From: Nanobdellati archaeon
GTDB lineage: Archaea; Nanobdellota; Nanobdellia; UBA10117
Reading direction: 5' to 3'
NCBI GenBank assembly: GCA_016204275.1
Contig: JACQKZ010000012.1
Coordinates: 1 to 58,259, forward strand
DNA length: 58,259 bases
Numbering within the stretch: position 1 is the stretch's first letter; each line of letters opens with the position of its first letter. A program made the translations under genes and the position numbers. The notes beneath the pieces are model-generated. The model was not told the DNA's origin and searched no databases. It saw only the letters and a program-made list of their open reading frames with translations. Below, in pieces: positions 46,030 to 55,451 of the stretch.

Positions 46030-47070
46030 ATGTCAAAACAAATTCTTGCGGAGTATATCTGGATTGATGGCCAGACGCCAACAAAGAAGCTGCGCTCCAA
46101 AACGCGCGTGCTGGACTTGGTTGATGGGGCATCCCATGGCCAGCTTCCTGATTGGACGTCAGACGGCTCAAGCACCGCCCAAGCCCAGACAACGCAAAGC
46201 GATATTATTTTGCGCCCAGTTCATTACATTCCTGATCCAATACGGGGCCAGCCACACATACTAGTGATGTGCGAAGTTTTCAATGCGGATGGTACGCCGC
46301 ATAAATCTAACACGCGGGCGCGATTACGCGCTGCCGCAGAAAATTCCAAGGACGCGGAGCCATGGTTCGGAATCGAGCAGGAGTATACTTTATACGATAG
46401 AGACGGCGTTCGCCCGCTGAGATGGCCGACTGGCGCTGGCTTTCCCGCACCGCAGGGCAGGTACTATTGCGGCGTTGGCAGCGATGAGGTTTATGGCCGC
46501 GAACTTATTGAAGCGCACCTGAAGGCCTGCCTGTCAGCTGGCCTGAAGATCGGTGGCATAAACGCAGAAGTAATGCCAGCACAATGGGAATTTCAGGTTG
46601 GCCCGCTCTCCCCGCTGCAAACTGCGGATGAACTATGGCTGGCCAGATGGCTCCTTTACAGAATTGGCGAAGATTATAAAATCAGTGCAAGGCTTGACCC
46701 GAAACCTGTGGGTGGAGATTGGAACGGCGCGGGCGCACACACGAATTTTAGTACGAAACAGATGCGCGAGGATGGTGGCATCGCACATATCAATGCAGCT
46801 TGTGAAAAGCTCAGAACAAGCCATGACGAGCACATCAAAGTCTATGGCGCGGGGAACGAGGAGCGCCTGACAGGCAAGCATGAAACCTGCGACATCCACA
46901 CATTCCGCTGGGGCGTTTCAGATCGCGGCGCGTCCGTCAGGGTTCCGCTCCATGTTGCGCAGGCAGGCAAGGGCTACCTAGAAGACCGCAGGCCAGCTGC
47001 AAATGCAGACCCGTATGAAGTATGCGCTGCTATTCTGGAAACTGCGTGTGGAATCAGAAAAATAGAATGA
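46030..47070 (+). CDS. glnA: glutamine synthetase type II (eukaryote-like GSII)
   Basis: Motifs YIWIDG, FGIEQEYTL, GAGAHTNFST, NERLTGKHET, RGASVRVP and YLEDRRPAANADPY. 346 aa. Confidence 0.85.
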   Translation: MSKQILAEYIWIDGQTPTKKLRSKTRVLDLVDGASHGQLPDWTSDGSSTAQAQTTQSDIILRPVHYIPDPIRGQPHILVMCEVFNADGTPHKSNTRARLRAAAENSKDAEPWFGIEQEYTLYDRDGVRPLRWPTGAGFPAPQGRYYCGVGSDEVYGRELIEAHLKACLSAGLKIGGINAEVMPAQWEFQVGPLSPLQTADELWLARWLLYRIGEDYKISARLDPKPVGGDWNGAGAHTNFSTKQMREDGGIAHINAACEKLRTSHDEHIKVYGAGNEERLTGKHETCDIHTFRWGVSDRGASVRVPLHVAQAGKGYLEDRRPAANADPYEVCAAILETACGIRKIE

Positions 47071-47071
47071 T

Positions 47072-47608
47072 ATGAAATCCGAAATATATATGTCTGTTGA
47101 TGTAGAAACAGCCGGCTCAATTCCGGGTAAATTCAGTATGCTGTCCATCGGCGCGTGCCTTATTGATGATACAACAAAAACATTTTACGCAGAGATTAAG
47201 CCAACTAATAAATACATACAAATTGGCGTGCCAAATTTTGTCCGTGATTTATTTTTAAAAGTTGAGCGCAGCGGTTTGAAGCCAAGAATTGCAATGAGCG
47301 CTTTTGAAGACTGGATAAGGCTGCATGCGAATGGTGGCAGGCCAGTCTTCGTAGGTTTTAATGCAACGTTTGACTGGCAGTTTACAAATTATTATTTCGT
47401 AAAATTTTTAGGAAGAAATCCATTTGGAATCAGCGGCTTAGATATTAAGGCGTATTACATGGGAAAATTTGGAACAAGCTGGTCAGAAACATCAAAAAGC
47501 AGAATTCCAGACTTTCTGAAATCTAATAAGAGACACACACATAATGCGCTTGATGATGCAATAGAACAGGCAGAATTATTTAATAATATTGCGAATACAA
47601 AATTATAA
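47072..47608 (+). CDS. DEDDh-type 3'-5' exonuclease domain protein
   Basis: Exo I motif MSVDVETAG, Exo II-like FVGFNATFDWQF, Exo III motif HNALDDA. 178 aa. Confidence 0.7.
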   Translation: MKSEIYMSVDVETAGSIPGKFSMLSIGACLIDDTTKTFYAEIKPTNKYIQIGVPNFVRDLFLKVERSGLKPRIAMSAFEDWIRLHANGGRPVFVGFNATFDWQFTNYYFVKFLGRNPFGISGLDIKAYYMGKFGTSWSETSKSRIPDFLKSNKRHTHNALDDAIEQAELFNNIANTKL

Positions 47609-47662
47609 CGTAATTTCAAACCCCGCCATTGGCATCCCAATTTAACAAAACATTTGGATGTT

Positions 47663-49312
47663 CTAGCTTGTTATGGGAGAAGGTGACGCGCGTGGGGGCT
47701 GAGTAGATATTAGTGCAGGTGTTGGTGGTGTTATCATTTGCATCGTTTGCTTATATGCGGCGGACATTATGCTCTGAGCAGAGACTCCACTTGGAAGTAC
47801 GACATATTTTAACGTTATAAAATCAAAAATGGCTGGTTTTAGAACGGCGTTTAGTTTTCCTGAACTGTTCCAGCCCGGAGCGTATTTACCAACGACTTTG
47901 CCGTCAGAATCTCTAACAACAACGTAATCAAATCCTCCAAACCACGCATGCTTTGCCTCATAATTAAACATTGGCGATGGCGAAGGTTTTGGCTCAGCAT
48001 CTTGCAGCTTGCTTGTTAAACCTTCTGGCTTGCCCTTTGCATCGTAGAACCTAATTGCTTCCGCAGCAACTTCTGCTGGCAATTCTGCTGGCTTGCCTGT
48101 ACTTGTATCCCAGAACTGGCCTTTGTATGCCATGCCTACAATGGTTCTGCCATCGCAACGCACTTCTGTGGATGGGAATAAACCAGTAAAACCACGATGA
48201 TATGTATATTTTAGTGCGGTAGACGCTCCTGTCGAAGCGGCACTTGCATCCATCACGGTGGCCTTTTGCGCCTTCAATTCTTCCCGCGTGGCTGTCAATT
48301 CGTTTTGCAGACTTATTCGTGCTTTCACAAGCTCATCTACTCTGGCGGCTAAAGTCATCTGCGGTTGCGCCTGTGGCGCAACTGGTGTTACGGGTGCCGT
48401 TGGTATTACTGGCGTTACCTGTGTTGCAGATAATGGCGGCGCTTGTGGCTGTTGAGGTGTGGTTGCTGAACCCTCAGACTTGGGGTGGGCTGAAATAACC
48501 GGCATTACTTTTTTCTGCTCCACTAAATAAAACTCATGCAGCTCTTTTTCAGATGGCATGACTGGTACGCTATGAGTTGCAATAACTTCTATTTCGCCAG
48601 AAGGTCCAAGCATATATCTGACAAAACCGCTGCCATCCTGCAAAACATAAGTCACAACTCCGGTTTTTGGGTCGTAAGCATTTTTCGGTTTTTTCATCGT
48701 GAGAATCGTAGTACTATCCAGCTGTGGCTTGCCAATTATGTACGGCGCCCTCATGGTTTTATATGCAGATATTACAGCATTCGCACTAGCAGCGCAAGGC
48801 AGCGTAACATACCTAGACGTTGCAGCATCAAGAACTACTACTGTTCCATAGGTGTCTAAGCCTGCAACATATTTGCCAATAACTTTACCTGTTATATCTC
48901 TAACAATAACATGATCTTCGAAAAACCACGCCCGCCTTGCCTCATAACTAAACGGCTGAGATAATCTTTTCTCGAGCGAATCAATTAACTCATTCTGCTT
49001 TTGAAATTCCATTGCCGTTTGCGCGACAGGCTCAAATTTTTTTAAGACTGCCGGTGCATCAGCGGGCTGATGTTCTTGGCCTATCGACATTTCCGCGGCG
49101 CGATAAACCAAGGACACAGGCATATTAAATAGGCTAGCCACAGTTTGGCCGGGCGAGATTTCATCGAGCTCTATTCCAAACCTATCAGCAATTATATCAA
49201 AATACTGTTCTACAGTCCGTTGCGATTTATTTTGTCCGGTTGCTTCGGTTGGATTAGCTATCATTTTAAGGTTCAATACTGCCGAAAGGTATATAAATAT
49301 GTATAGTAGCAT
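47663..49312 (-). CDS. hypothetical protein with an internally duplicated domain and a Pro-rich linker
   Basis: FSYEARRAWFFEDHVIVRDITGKVIGKYVAG.. repeats as FNYEAKHAWFGGFDYVVVRDSDGKVVGKYAPG... Linker PQQPQAPPLSATQVTPVIPTAPVTPVAPQAQPQ. The start may instead be the internal Met at 49264. Confidence 0.6.
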   Translation of the reverse strand: MLLYIFIYLSAVLNLKMIANPTEATGQNKSQRTVEQYFDIIADRFGIELDEISPGQTVASLFNMPVSLVYRAAEMSIGQEHQPADAPAVLKKFEPVAQTAMEFQKQNELIDSLEKRLSQPFSYEARRAWFFEDHVIVRDITGKVIGKYVAGLDTYGTVVVLDAATSRYVTLPCAASANAVISAYKTMRAPYIIGKPQLDSTTILTMKKPKNAYDPKTGVVTYVLQDGSGFVRYMLGPSGEIEVIATHSVPVMPSEKELHEFYLVEQKKVMPVISAHPKSEGSATTPQQPQAPPLSATQVTPVIPTAPVTPVAPQAQPQMTLAARVDELVKARISLQNELTATREELKAQKATVMDASAASTGASTALKYTYHRGFTGLFPSTEVRCDGRTIVGMAYKGQFWDTSTGKPAELPAEVAAEAIRFYDAKGKPEGLTSKLQDAEPKPSPSPMFNYEAKHAWFGGFDYVVVRDSDGKVVGKYAPGWNSSGKLNAVLKPAIFDFITLKYVVLPSGVSAQSIMSAAYKQTMQMITPPTPALISTQPPRASPSPITS

Positions 49313-49323
49313 ACTATACTACA

Positions 49324-50277
49324 ATGGATACCGAAATACAAAAATTATTAGGACTGACAGAGCAACAATTAGACATTTTGAAAGGAATAGATCGTACTTC
49401 TACCTTGGGCAAGTCAAGACCAAAAGATATCGAACAAGCCTACAAAACGCTTACTGGAAAGCTAATACAAAAATCAAATATGTTTGCACAATTACGAGAA
49501 CTACAACTAGGAGAATTTGTAATAAAAACAAATAGTTTTTATTATGTAAATAAAAATAAAATAAAACAGGTATTACTTGAGAAGAAAAAAATCTTAGGCA
49601 ATGAAGTTAGCAAATGCGAGGCCCTAACTAAAAATATAGATAATTTTTTTAAGTCTGGCTCAGAGCCAACCATACTTAGATGCCTAAACAAAGAACAATT
49701 ATTCGAACACAACTTAAAGGTATTGCGTGATGCAGAGATTTTATGCAAAATCGGAGATATGCCTAACGTTTTACAATCAGATATTTATAAACAAAACTTA
49801 GGCTCGCATGAATATTCACGCATCTTGATAGAAAAATGTTCTAAAGGCCAGTTCACTGCAAAATATATAGTATCACTTAGGCCTGAAAAAACGTTCTTAA
49901 GATTATTCTCTAAAATAAAAGATAAAAAGAGAACTTACGAGTTAACTGCAATCTGCTATGATAATCTAATAAAACTACTAACCATACCAAATTTACAGTT
50001 CAGATATTTATCAATAGAATTTGGCACGTTTAATCTCGCTATTGGGCCAACTATGGCTTCATTACAATTACCGCTACGCACTTCAGTTTATGAACTCGCT
50101 GGCGGCATAATTATAGAAAATAAAGATATTTGCGAATCATACAACACAATGTTTGATAAGTTATATGAATCTGCGCAACCAATAAACATACAGTTAGTTA
50201 AGAAAATTGCGCGCAAAAACCTTAAAGAACTTCGCGATAGCATGGATAAGCTAATAAAAGAATATGGCTTTGACTGA
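49324..50277 (+). CDS. hypothetical protein (AT-rich gene, possible N-terminal HTH)
   Basis: 317-aa ORF with Lys/Asn/Ile-rich composition. No motif recognised. Confidence 0.5.
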   Translation: MDTEIQKLLGLTEQQLDILKGIDRTSTLGKSRPKDIEQAYKTLTGKLIQKSNMFAQLRELQLGEFVIKTNSFYYVNKNKIKQVLLEKKKILGNEVSKCEALTKNIDNFFKSGSEPTILRCLNKEQLFEHNLKVLRDAEILCKIGDMPNVLQSDIYKQNLGSHEYSRILIEKCSKGQFTAKYIVSLRPEKTFLRLFSKIKDKKRTYELTAICYDNLIKLLTIPNLQFRYLSIEFGTFNLAIGPTMASLQLPLRTSVYELAGGIIIENKDICESYNTMFDKLYESAQPINIQLVKKIARKNLKELRDSMDKLIKEYGFD

Positions 50278-50344
50278 AAAGATTAAAGACAAGAATATCT
50301 GCGATACGCCCCTAACACGAATGAATCCACGAATGAAAAAACTG

Positions 50345-52054
50345 CTAAGTATTTAAGCTAACTTCAAACCCCACGACCGGCATCCCCAAATTCCAGTTTT
50401 TAATGACTTGCGGATGAATTTCACCAATAAAACCAATCTGCTTGCCATCCTTCATCACAGCAGCAGACCTGCCAGAAATAAAAGATGGATGTTCGTGCTC
50501 AACAAAAATAATTTTCCAGCCCAAAGCGCCGGCAACTGCTTCCAAGGCTTGTTTGGCGTCTGTGAAGTTAGCATTTGTATCTGAAAAAGCAAACGCTAGT
50601 TTTCGAACGGTGTCACTGCCAACTTCAGCTTTAGCATTTAGTATAACGCAGTCGCCAACTTCAAAAATTTTCTGCGGGAACTCCTTTGCTGTGTTCTTGG
50701 ACAAAAACTCGAGCAGCGATGGCAGAAGCCAGCTTCGCACTACTGAGTAAGTGAAAGATACGGGATTATCAATTTCAATAACTCCCAAACCGAACGAAGT
50801 TTGGCTGGGGCCAGCTAATCGCTGTTCGCTTGCACCTTCTGCGAGCATATTCATATTCCCAAATAGGTATTCGTTGTTAGTCAAAACAAATGACATAATT
50901 TCCTGCGCGCCGGTTCCAATACACAGCTCCCGAATTTTTCTGGATAGTTTTTCATTTTCGGATAATTTTCCAACTGATGGAAGTGCGGCGGACTCGGGCG
51001 TAAATTTATCAAGCCCATGAAAGATTGCAACATCTTCATAAATGTCGACTTGGTGCATTATGTCTGTGCGGTAAGACGGAATTGTTACGTGAATTAAATT
51101 TTTTTCTGCCGAAACGTTATATCTGGCTTTTTGCAGTGCCTTAACAACATCCTCTGCAGATAATTTTTCTCCTAGCAGCTTGCTAACGTCATCAACTTTT
51201 ATTTCATAATGCCGCGTTTCAAAGTGCGGCGTTGCATCCGGCTTTCTGCTCGGGTAATCAATAATAACAGAATACAAATCCCCGCCCCGATCAGCAAAAG
51301 TTATCGCCATAATTCGCAGCACATTGTTTACGGATTCATAATCTGTACCGGTAACCTCAACCAAAACATTTGTAGTTTTTTCATTTACCTGCCCAAGGTC
51401 GTTGGAGTTTATTACTGGCGGCATAGAAAGTACATTATTTTTGGCATCTGTAAAAATTGGGTAGTAAGAAAGCCCTTTGAGCAGATGTTGGTACTCGAGG
51501 CCTTTCGGATGTTTTTCCAAAATTTGTTTTGGCAGCAGCTTCTCTGTAAAAGTCAGAGGAACAAAAGCATTCTCATCCGGTTTTGTAATTCCATATTTTA
51601 GCGGCCAGGCCAGCAGGTCTAAGTTGTAAAGGCCGATCGAGGTCTTTGCCCTTTTTCGCCCATAAGTGCCGTCAATCTTGTCCTGTTGCTGCATAATCTG
51701 TTTAATAAGTTCGTCCGTAAGTTTTATATTTTTTACAACGACGCAGGCAATGTAGGGCCGTATCTTCTCGAGCTTTTGATTTACAAAAATTCTGTAGTCT
51801 GACGCGCGAACTTTATACTCTTTAATTCCCTTCTCTACATCCAGTGCACCCCTTAGTTCGCGGGCCAGTCCTTCTACACACCACAAGTCCGGCCTGTTTG
51901 TGTCGCCAACTTTAATTGTCAGAGCGTCACCTTCAAAATTCTCTATCTCACTTTTTAGCATCCAAATATATGGTTCAAGCTTCTCAACGCTAGAAGGCAG
52001 TTTTGGCCCGACAAGTTTCTTCAAATCTGAAAACGAAACGTCAATGTTTGGCAT
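50345..52054 (-). CDS. pheT: phenylalanyl-tRNA synthetase beta subunit (archaeal type)
   Basis: N-terminus MPNIDVSFSDLKKLVG typical of archaeal PheT. 569 aa. Directly downstream of pheS. Confidence 0.88.
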   Translation of the reverse strand: MPNIDVSFSDLKKLVGPKLPSSVEKLEPYIWMLKSEIENFEGDALTIKVGDTNRPDLWCVEGLARELRGALDVEKGIKEYKVRASDYRIFVNQKLEKIRPYIACVVVKNIKLTDELIKQIMQQQDKIDGTYGRKRAKTSIGLYNLDLLAWPLKYGITKPDENAFVPLTFTEKLLPKQILEKHPKGLEYQHLLKGLSYYPIFTDAKNNVLSMPPVINSNDLGQVNEKTTNVLVEVTGTDYESVNNVLRIMAITFADRGGDLYSVIIDYPSRKPDATPHFETRHYEIKVDDVSKLLGEKLSAEDVVKALQKARYNVSAEKNLIHVTIPSYRTDIMHQVDIYEDVAIFHGLDKFTPESAALPSVGKLSENEKLSRKIRELCIGTGAQEIMSFVLTNNEYLFGNMNMLAEGASEQRLAGPSQTSFGLGVIEIDNPVSFTYSVVRSWLLPSLLEFLSKNTAKEFPQKIFEVGDCVILNAKAEVGSDTVRKLAFAFSDTNANFTDAKQALEAVAGALGWKIIFVEHEHPSFISGRSAAVMKDGKQIGFIGEIHPQVIKNWNLGMPVVGFEVSLNT

Positions 52055-52055
52055 C

Positions 52056-53579
52056 TTACACCTTTGCCCCTCTTAGCCAACTAATATCTTGGCTAAACAG
52101 CTGCCTGATATCTTTTATACTTTCGCGAATCATGAAAAGCCTGTCGACGCCGATGCCCCAAGCAAGCACGGGAACTTTTACGCCGAGCGGCAGTGTAACC
52201 TCGGGGCGGAAGATGCCAGCGCCTAAAGCTTCAACCCACTTGTTAAGCGCAGGGCTCCAGATGTCAACTTCGATGGAAGGCTCAGTATACGGAAAATAGT
52301 GCGGACGGAATCTCACTTTGTCCGAACCGGTAATTTTCTTCGCGAACTCTGCAAGCAGGCCAAGCAGTTTTCTCAAGCTGGCATTTTCATCCAGAACAAT
52401 ACCCTCTGTCTGGTTGAACTCCACGAGATGCGTGGCGTCAAGAACATCTGGGCGGAACACACGCGCAACCGCGAAATATGCGCCAGGAACCTTCAAATTT
52501 TTTGACATCATAGTCCTTGCTGAAAGTGCTGTCCCCTGCGTGCGCAAGATCAACCGTGCTGCTTCTTTTTCGTTAAACTGATATTGCCAGCCAGTGCTTC
52601 CGGTCCTGCCGCCATTCTCATGTGCGGTTGCAACTTCCTTCAAAAAATGTTTGTGCGCGTCAAGGCTTCCGTATTTTGGATCTCTAACAGAGTAAACATC
52701 GTGAATGCCTCTTGCGGGGTGGTCCTGCGGCATGTAGAGCGCGTCATTGTTGAAGAATGATAGTTCAACAAGCGGGCCAGTCATTTCTTCAAATCCCAGC
52801 GCGACAAGTTCGTCTTTCACTTCTTCCAAAAATCGCACATATGCCTGTTTTTTGCCGATAAATATTTCGGGGACTCTGGCTTCAACGTCAAAGCGCCTGA
52901 ATTGCTTGCTTGCCCACTCGCCGGATTTTATTATGGCAGGAGTTATTTGGCCGATCTTCTCGCCTGGCCTGACTGCATCTGCAACCCTTGCGCCTAAATC
53001 AGTAATTGTAAAAATGCGGGCAGTCCTGACATCACTAGTTGCCAGCCCGCGCTTTCTTAGCCGTTCAAATGCTTCCCTATCCTCTGGAGGCAGTTCGCTG
53101 ATAACAAAATCTTCTGCGGAATTAAATTTACTAATAAACTTTTCTTCAATGGTTTTTTTGTCTTTGTAGCTGAGGCCGGCTTCATTTAATTCTGTTTTGC
53201 CTTTTGATATTATAATTGCGCTTTTTTGCCGCCAATACCCGAGGGCAGCATTAAATTCCCTTGCATCCATAAATTTTGTTATTAACTTGTCGGCTGTCAC
53301 GCCCGCGGCAAGCGCTTCAACCAATTTTCTTTCCGGCAAGTTTTCAGTAATATAGTTTTTCCCGAGCTTTGTAAGGGCAGCAACGTTAATCTTTGTTTCT
53401 TTTATTTCGACCAAGCCCTTATTTTCCAGCCAGAGCGCAGACCTTGCCACCGCGGACTGATCCAGCTTTGTATCTGCCTGCAGTTCGGCATTGCTGGCCT
53501 GCCCGTGCCTCTTCAGGGCTTTGAGAATATGGATTTCGTTATCTTGCAGGGAGTCTGCCAGCTTAGTTAGGTTAGCCAT
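52056..53579 (-). CDS. pheS: phenylalanyl-tRNA synthetase alpha subunit (archaeal type)
   Basis: Class II motifs including FRPHYFPYTEPSIEVD and GIGVDRL. Start trimmed to MANLTKLADS. Confidence 0.9.
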   Translation of the reverse strand: MANLTKLADSLQDNEIHILKALKRHGQASNAELQADTKLDQSAVARSALWLENKGLVEIKETKINVAALTKLGKNYITENLPERKLVEALAAGVTADKLITKFMDAREFNAALGYWRQKSAIIISKGKTELNEAGLSYKDKKTIEEKFISKFNSAEDFVISELPPEDREAFERLRKRGLATSDVRTARIFTITDLGARVADAVRPGEKIGQITPAIIKSGEWASKQFRRFDVEARVPEIFIGKKQAYVRFLEEVKDELVALGFEEMTGPLVELSFFNNDALYMPQDHPARGIHDVYSVRDPKYGSLDAHKHFLKEVATAHENGGRTGSTGWQYQFNEKEAARLILRTQGTALSARTMMSKNLKVPGAYFAVARVFRPDVLDATHLVEFNQTEGIVLDENASLRKLLGLLAEFAKKITGSDKVRFRPHYFPYTEPSIEVDIWSPALNKWVEALGAGIFRPEVTLPLGVKVPVLAWGIGVDRLFMIRESIKDIRQLFSQDISWLRGAKV

Positions 53580-53632
53580 GCAGCTATTATTCCTGCCGCA
53601 TTTAAAAATTGTTTGTCCATGAAATGTCATAA

Positions 53633-54091
53633 CTAAAAGAATAATAAGTCCGCAGTCGCCGCAGACACAACGGCAGGCAATGCAATCACAACAGTTTGTT
53701 TCAGCATGAGGTCCATCGTTGCCGCTGTGTTAAAAACAAAAACGAACAAAAGCGAAGTCAGGAATGAAATTGCGTAAATTTCAACTGCCCGCAGGCTTGC
53801 CGCGTGTTCGAGTTGTATAGAAACGGCTTTTCTTCTTCGCGACAAATAAACTAGGGAAAATCCCATAATCATTGAAATTGTAAAGATTGCTAAAATATTT
53901 ACTGCATGCAGGTGTTTTGCAATTTCCCATATTTCAGATGTAACCGCAAAGAAAACTGCGCCGAATGCTGCGCCGACAAAATCCTCGAGAAGCAGGATAG
54001 ACACCCTGCCATGCATCCAGGCTAGCTCATGCCTGCCATTTCGGTGTGGCGCTGCCCGAGCTCTAAGTTTAAGTGAAAACGCCTTGACCAT
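53633..54091 (-). CDS. integral membrane protein, hypothetical
   Basis: Four hydrophobic segments in a 152-aa ORF. Start uncertain. Confidence 0.55.
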   Translation of the reverse strand: MVKAFSLKLRARAAPHRNGRHELAWMHGRVSILLLEDFVGAAFGAVFFAVTSEIWEIAKHLHAVNILAIFTISMIMGFSLVYLSRRRKAVSIQLEHAASLRAVEIYAISFLTSLLFVFVFNTAATMDLMLKQTVVIALPAVVSAATADLLFF

Positions 54092-54129
54092 TTTAATGTA
54101 ATATATTTGCTATTTAAAAACTTAATGAG

Positions 54130-54464
54130 TGGGCCCGGGCTGAATTTCTTCGACTGTATTTATTGCATTCGGCAAAGCCGAATGCGATCCCGTCTTTCTT
54201 GGGATACAAACAAAATCCACGAGGATTTTGTTGTACGGCCGAACATTGTTCGGTCGTAAACGTTAGACCTTCTTTCCGGAAAGAAAGAAGGGCTGTCGAT
54301 TCGAACAGCCGACCTCTGCCTTACTGATTCTTCGCCCGTAAAGTTTTGTGCGATTGTAAATCGCACTATTTTTCTTTTGGGGTTTCACAGAGAACTTTTC
54401 TTTTTTTAAAAAGAAAAGGGCTGTGTTATCAGAGCAGCGCTCTACCGGGCTAAGCTACGGGCCC
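54130..54464 (-). tRNA. tRNA-Ile: tRNA-Ile (GAU) with two large introns: 105 nt in the anticodon loop and 156 nt in the T-loop
   Basis: Minus-strand fold: acceptor GGGCCCG/CGGGCCC, D arm GCTT/GAGC, anticodon arm CTGCT-CTGATA[54322-54426]A-GGCAG, T arm GGCTG-TTCGAAT[54143-54298]-CAGCC, discriminator A. The exons sum to 74 nt of 335. Confidence 0.7.
54162..54188. repeat. palindromic hairpin module shared with the rpl37e-adjacent element
   Basis: ATTGCATTCGGCAAAGCCGAATGCGAT versus ATTGCGTTCGGCAAAGCCGAATGCAAT at 41768-41794 (25 of 27 identical). It lies inside the tRNA-Ile T-loop intron. Confidence 0.8.
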
Positions 54465-54487
54465 ACGATATAAATCAAATAATTACA

Positions 54488-54498
54488 GTTTAAAAAGT
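54488..54498 (-). promoter_or_regulatory. putative TATA-like box for tRNA-Ile
   Basis: The minus strand reads ACTTTTTAAAC, centred about 29 nt upstream of tRNA position 1. Confidence 0.4.
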
Positions 54499-54500
54499 TT

Positions 54501-54869
54501 CTATTTGCCGCTCGCAACTTTGTAAATGGCTAGCAGGCTTACAATCACAACAGCAGGCGCGACAAGGACAACAAAATACTGCAGGACGTTTACTAACAGC
54601 GGGCCGGCAATAGGTATAAACTTAAAACTCTGCGAGGATATAATAAGCGCGACGCTGGCCAGCAGGAAATTATGTGTTTCCTTTGCCCGTATGTTAAGCA
54701 GGCCGATGGCTATGCCCAGAAGCGCAAGGACAGAAGCAACAAACTTTTTGTCAGGTATGACTGTGCCAAGCGCAATTGCCAGCAGGATTCCAAACAAAAA
54801 AATCCAATGTCCAATCACGTGCAGTTCGTACCCAAAAATTCCGGTTTTAGCTTTCCCTCTCGCAGCCAT
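54501..54869 (-). CDS. small integral membrane protein, hypothetical
   Basis: Four hydrophobic segments. Start trimmed to MAARGKAKTG. Confidence 0.55.
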   Translation of the reverse strand: MAARGKAKTGIFGYELHVIGHWIFLFGILLAIALGTVIPDKKFVASVLALLGIAIGLLNIRAKETHNFLLASVALIISSQSFKFIPIAGPLLVNVLQYFVVLVAPAVVIVSLLAIYKVASGK

Positions 54870-54926
54870 AATATAACTAATATGGGGCAATTTAAAACGA
54901 TTGTTCACTACTAATGTATTATGAAA

Positions 54927-54937
54927 CTTTTAAAAAC
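54927..54937 (+). promoter_or_regulatory. putative TATA-like box for tRNA-Ala(CGC)
   Basis: CTTTTAAAAAC centred 27 nt upstream of tRNA position 1. Confidence 0.4.
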
Positions 54938-54958
54938 TCAGTTTAATATTATTCGTCT

Positions 54959-55030
54959 GGGCAGGTAGTTCAGTGGTAGAACGTCACGTTCGCAACGTGA
55001 AGGCCGTGGGTTCAATCCCCACCCTGTCCA
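54959..55030 (+). tRNA. tRNA-Ala: tRNA-Ala (CGC), intron-less
   Basis: Acceptor GGGCAGG/CCTGTCC with the G3:U70 pair, D arm GTTC/GAAC, anticodon arm TCACG-TTCGCAA-CGTGA, T arm GTGGG-TTCAATC-CCCAC. Confidence 0.88.
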
Positions 55031-55414
55031 CTAACTTCCAACGCGGGCCTGCAAATCCTTTTTCAGCCCGCCAAATGTTTCTAAAAGTTGATTTCGCTGG
55101 CTTGCCAGAAATTCCTCATATGCCTCGCGTTCGCCCGGTGCTGGCGCTGGCTTGCCAGGGATGTTTTTAACAAAATTTTTATAGTAAGCGTCTAACGCCG
55201 CATTAAACGTAGCAGCTGCTTTGTAAGCAATCTGCGCGGCATAAGCTGCGTCACCTAGGGCCGGCACTTTTTCAGTAGCAACTATTGCCTGCCATGCGTT
55301 TGTGTTTAATGCCTGGCCAACATTAATTAAATTAATATTCGTAGTTACTTCGTCCAATAGAGATTTAGCTATGACGTGGTCGCCGTTTCTGCGTAAAAAT
55401 CCAAGTGCAGACAT
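55031..55414 (-). CDS. hypothetical protein (Ala-rich, helical)
   Basis: ORF trimmed to MSALGFLRRN (128 aa), which avoids overlap with the MBL-fold gene. Its stop abuts tRNA-Ala. Confidence 0.45.
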   Translation of the reverse strand: MSALGFLRRNGDHVIAKSLLDEVTTNINLINVGQALNTNAWQAIVATEKVPALGDAAYAAQIAYKAAATFNAALDAYYKNFVKNIPGKPAPAPGEREAYEEFLASQRNQLLETFGGLKKDLQARVGS

Positions 55415-55451
55415 AGCAAACCATAAAAACCCAAAGAATTTAAAACTTTCT

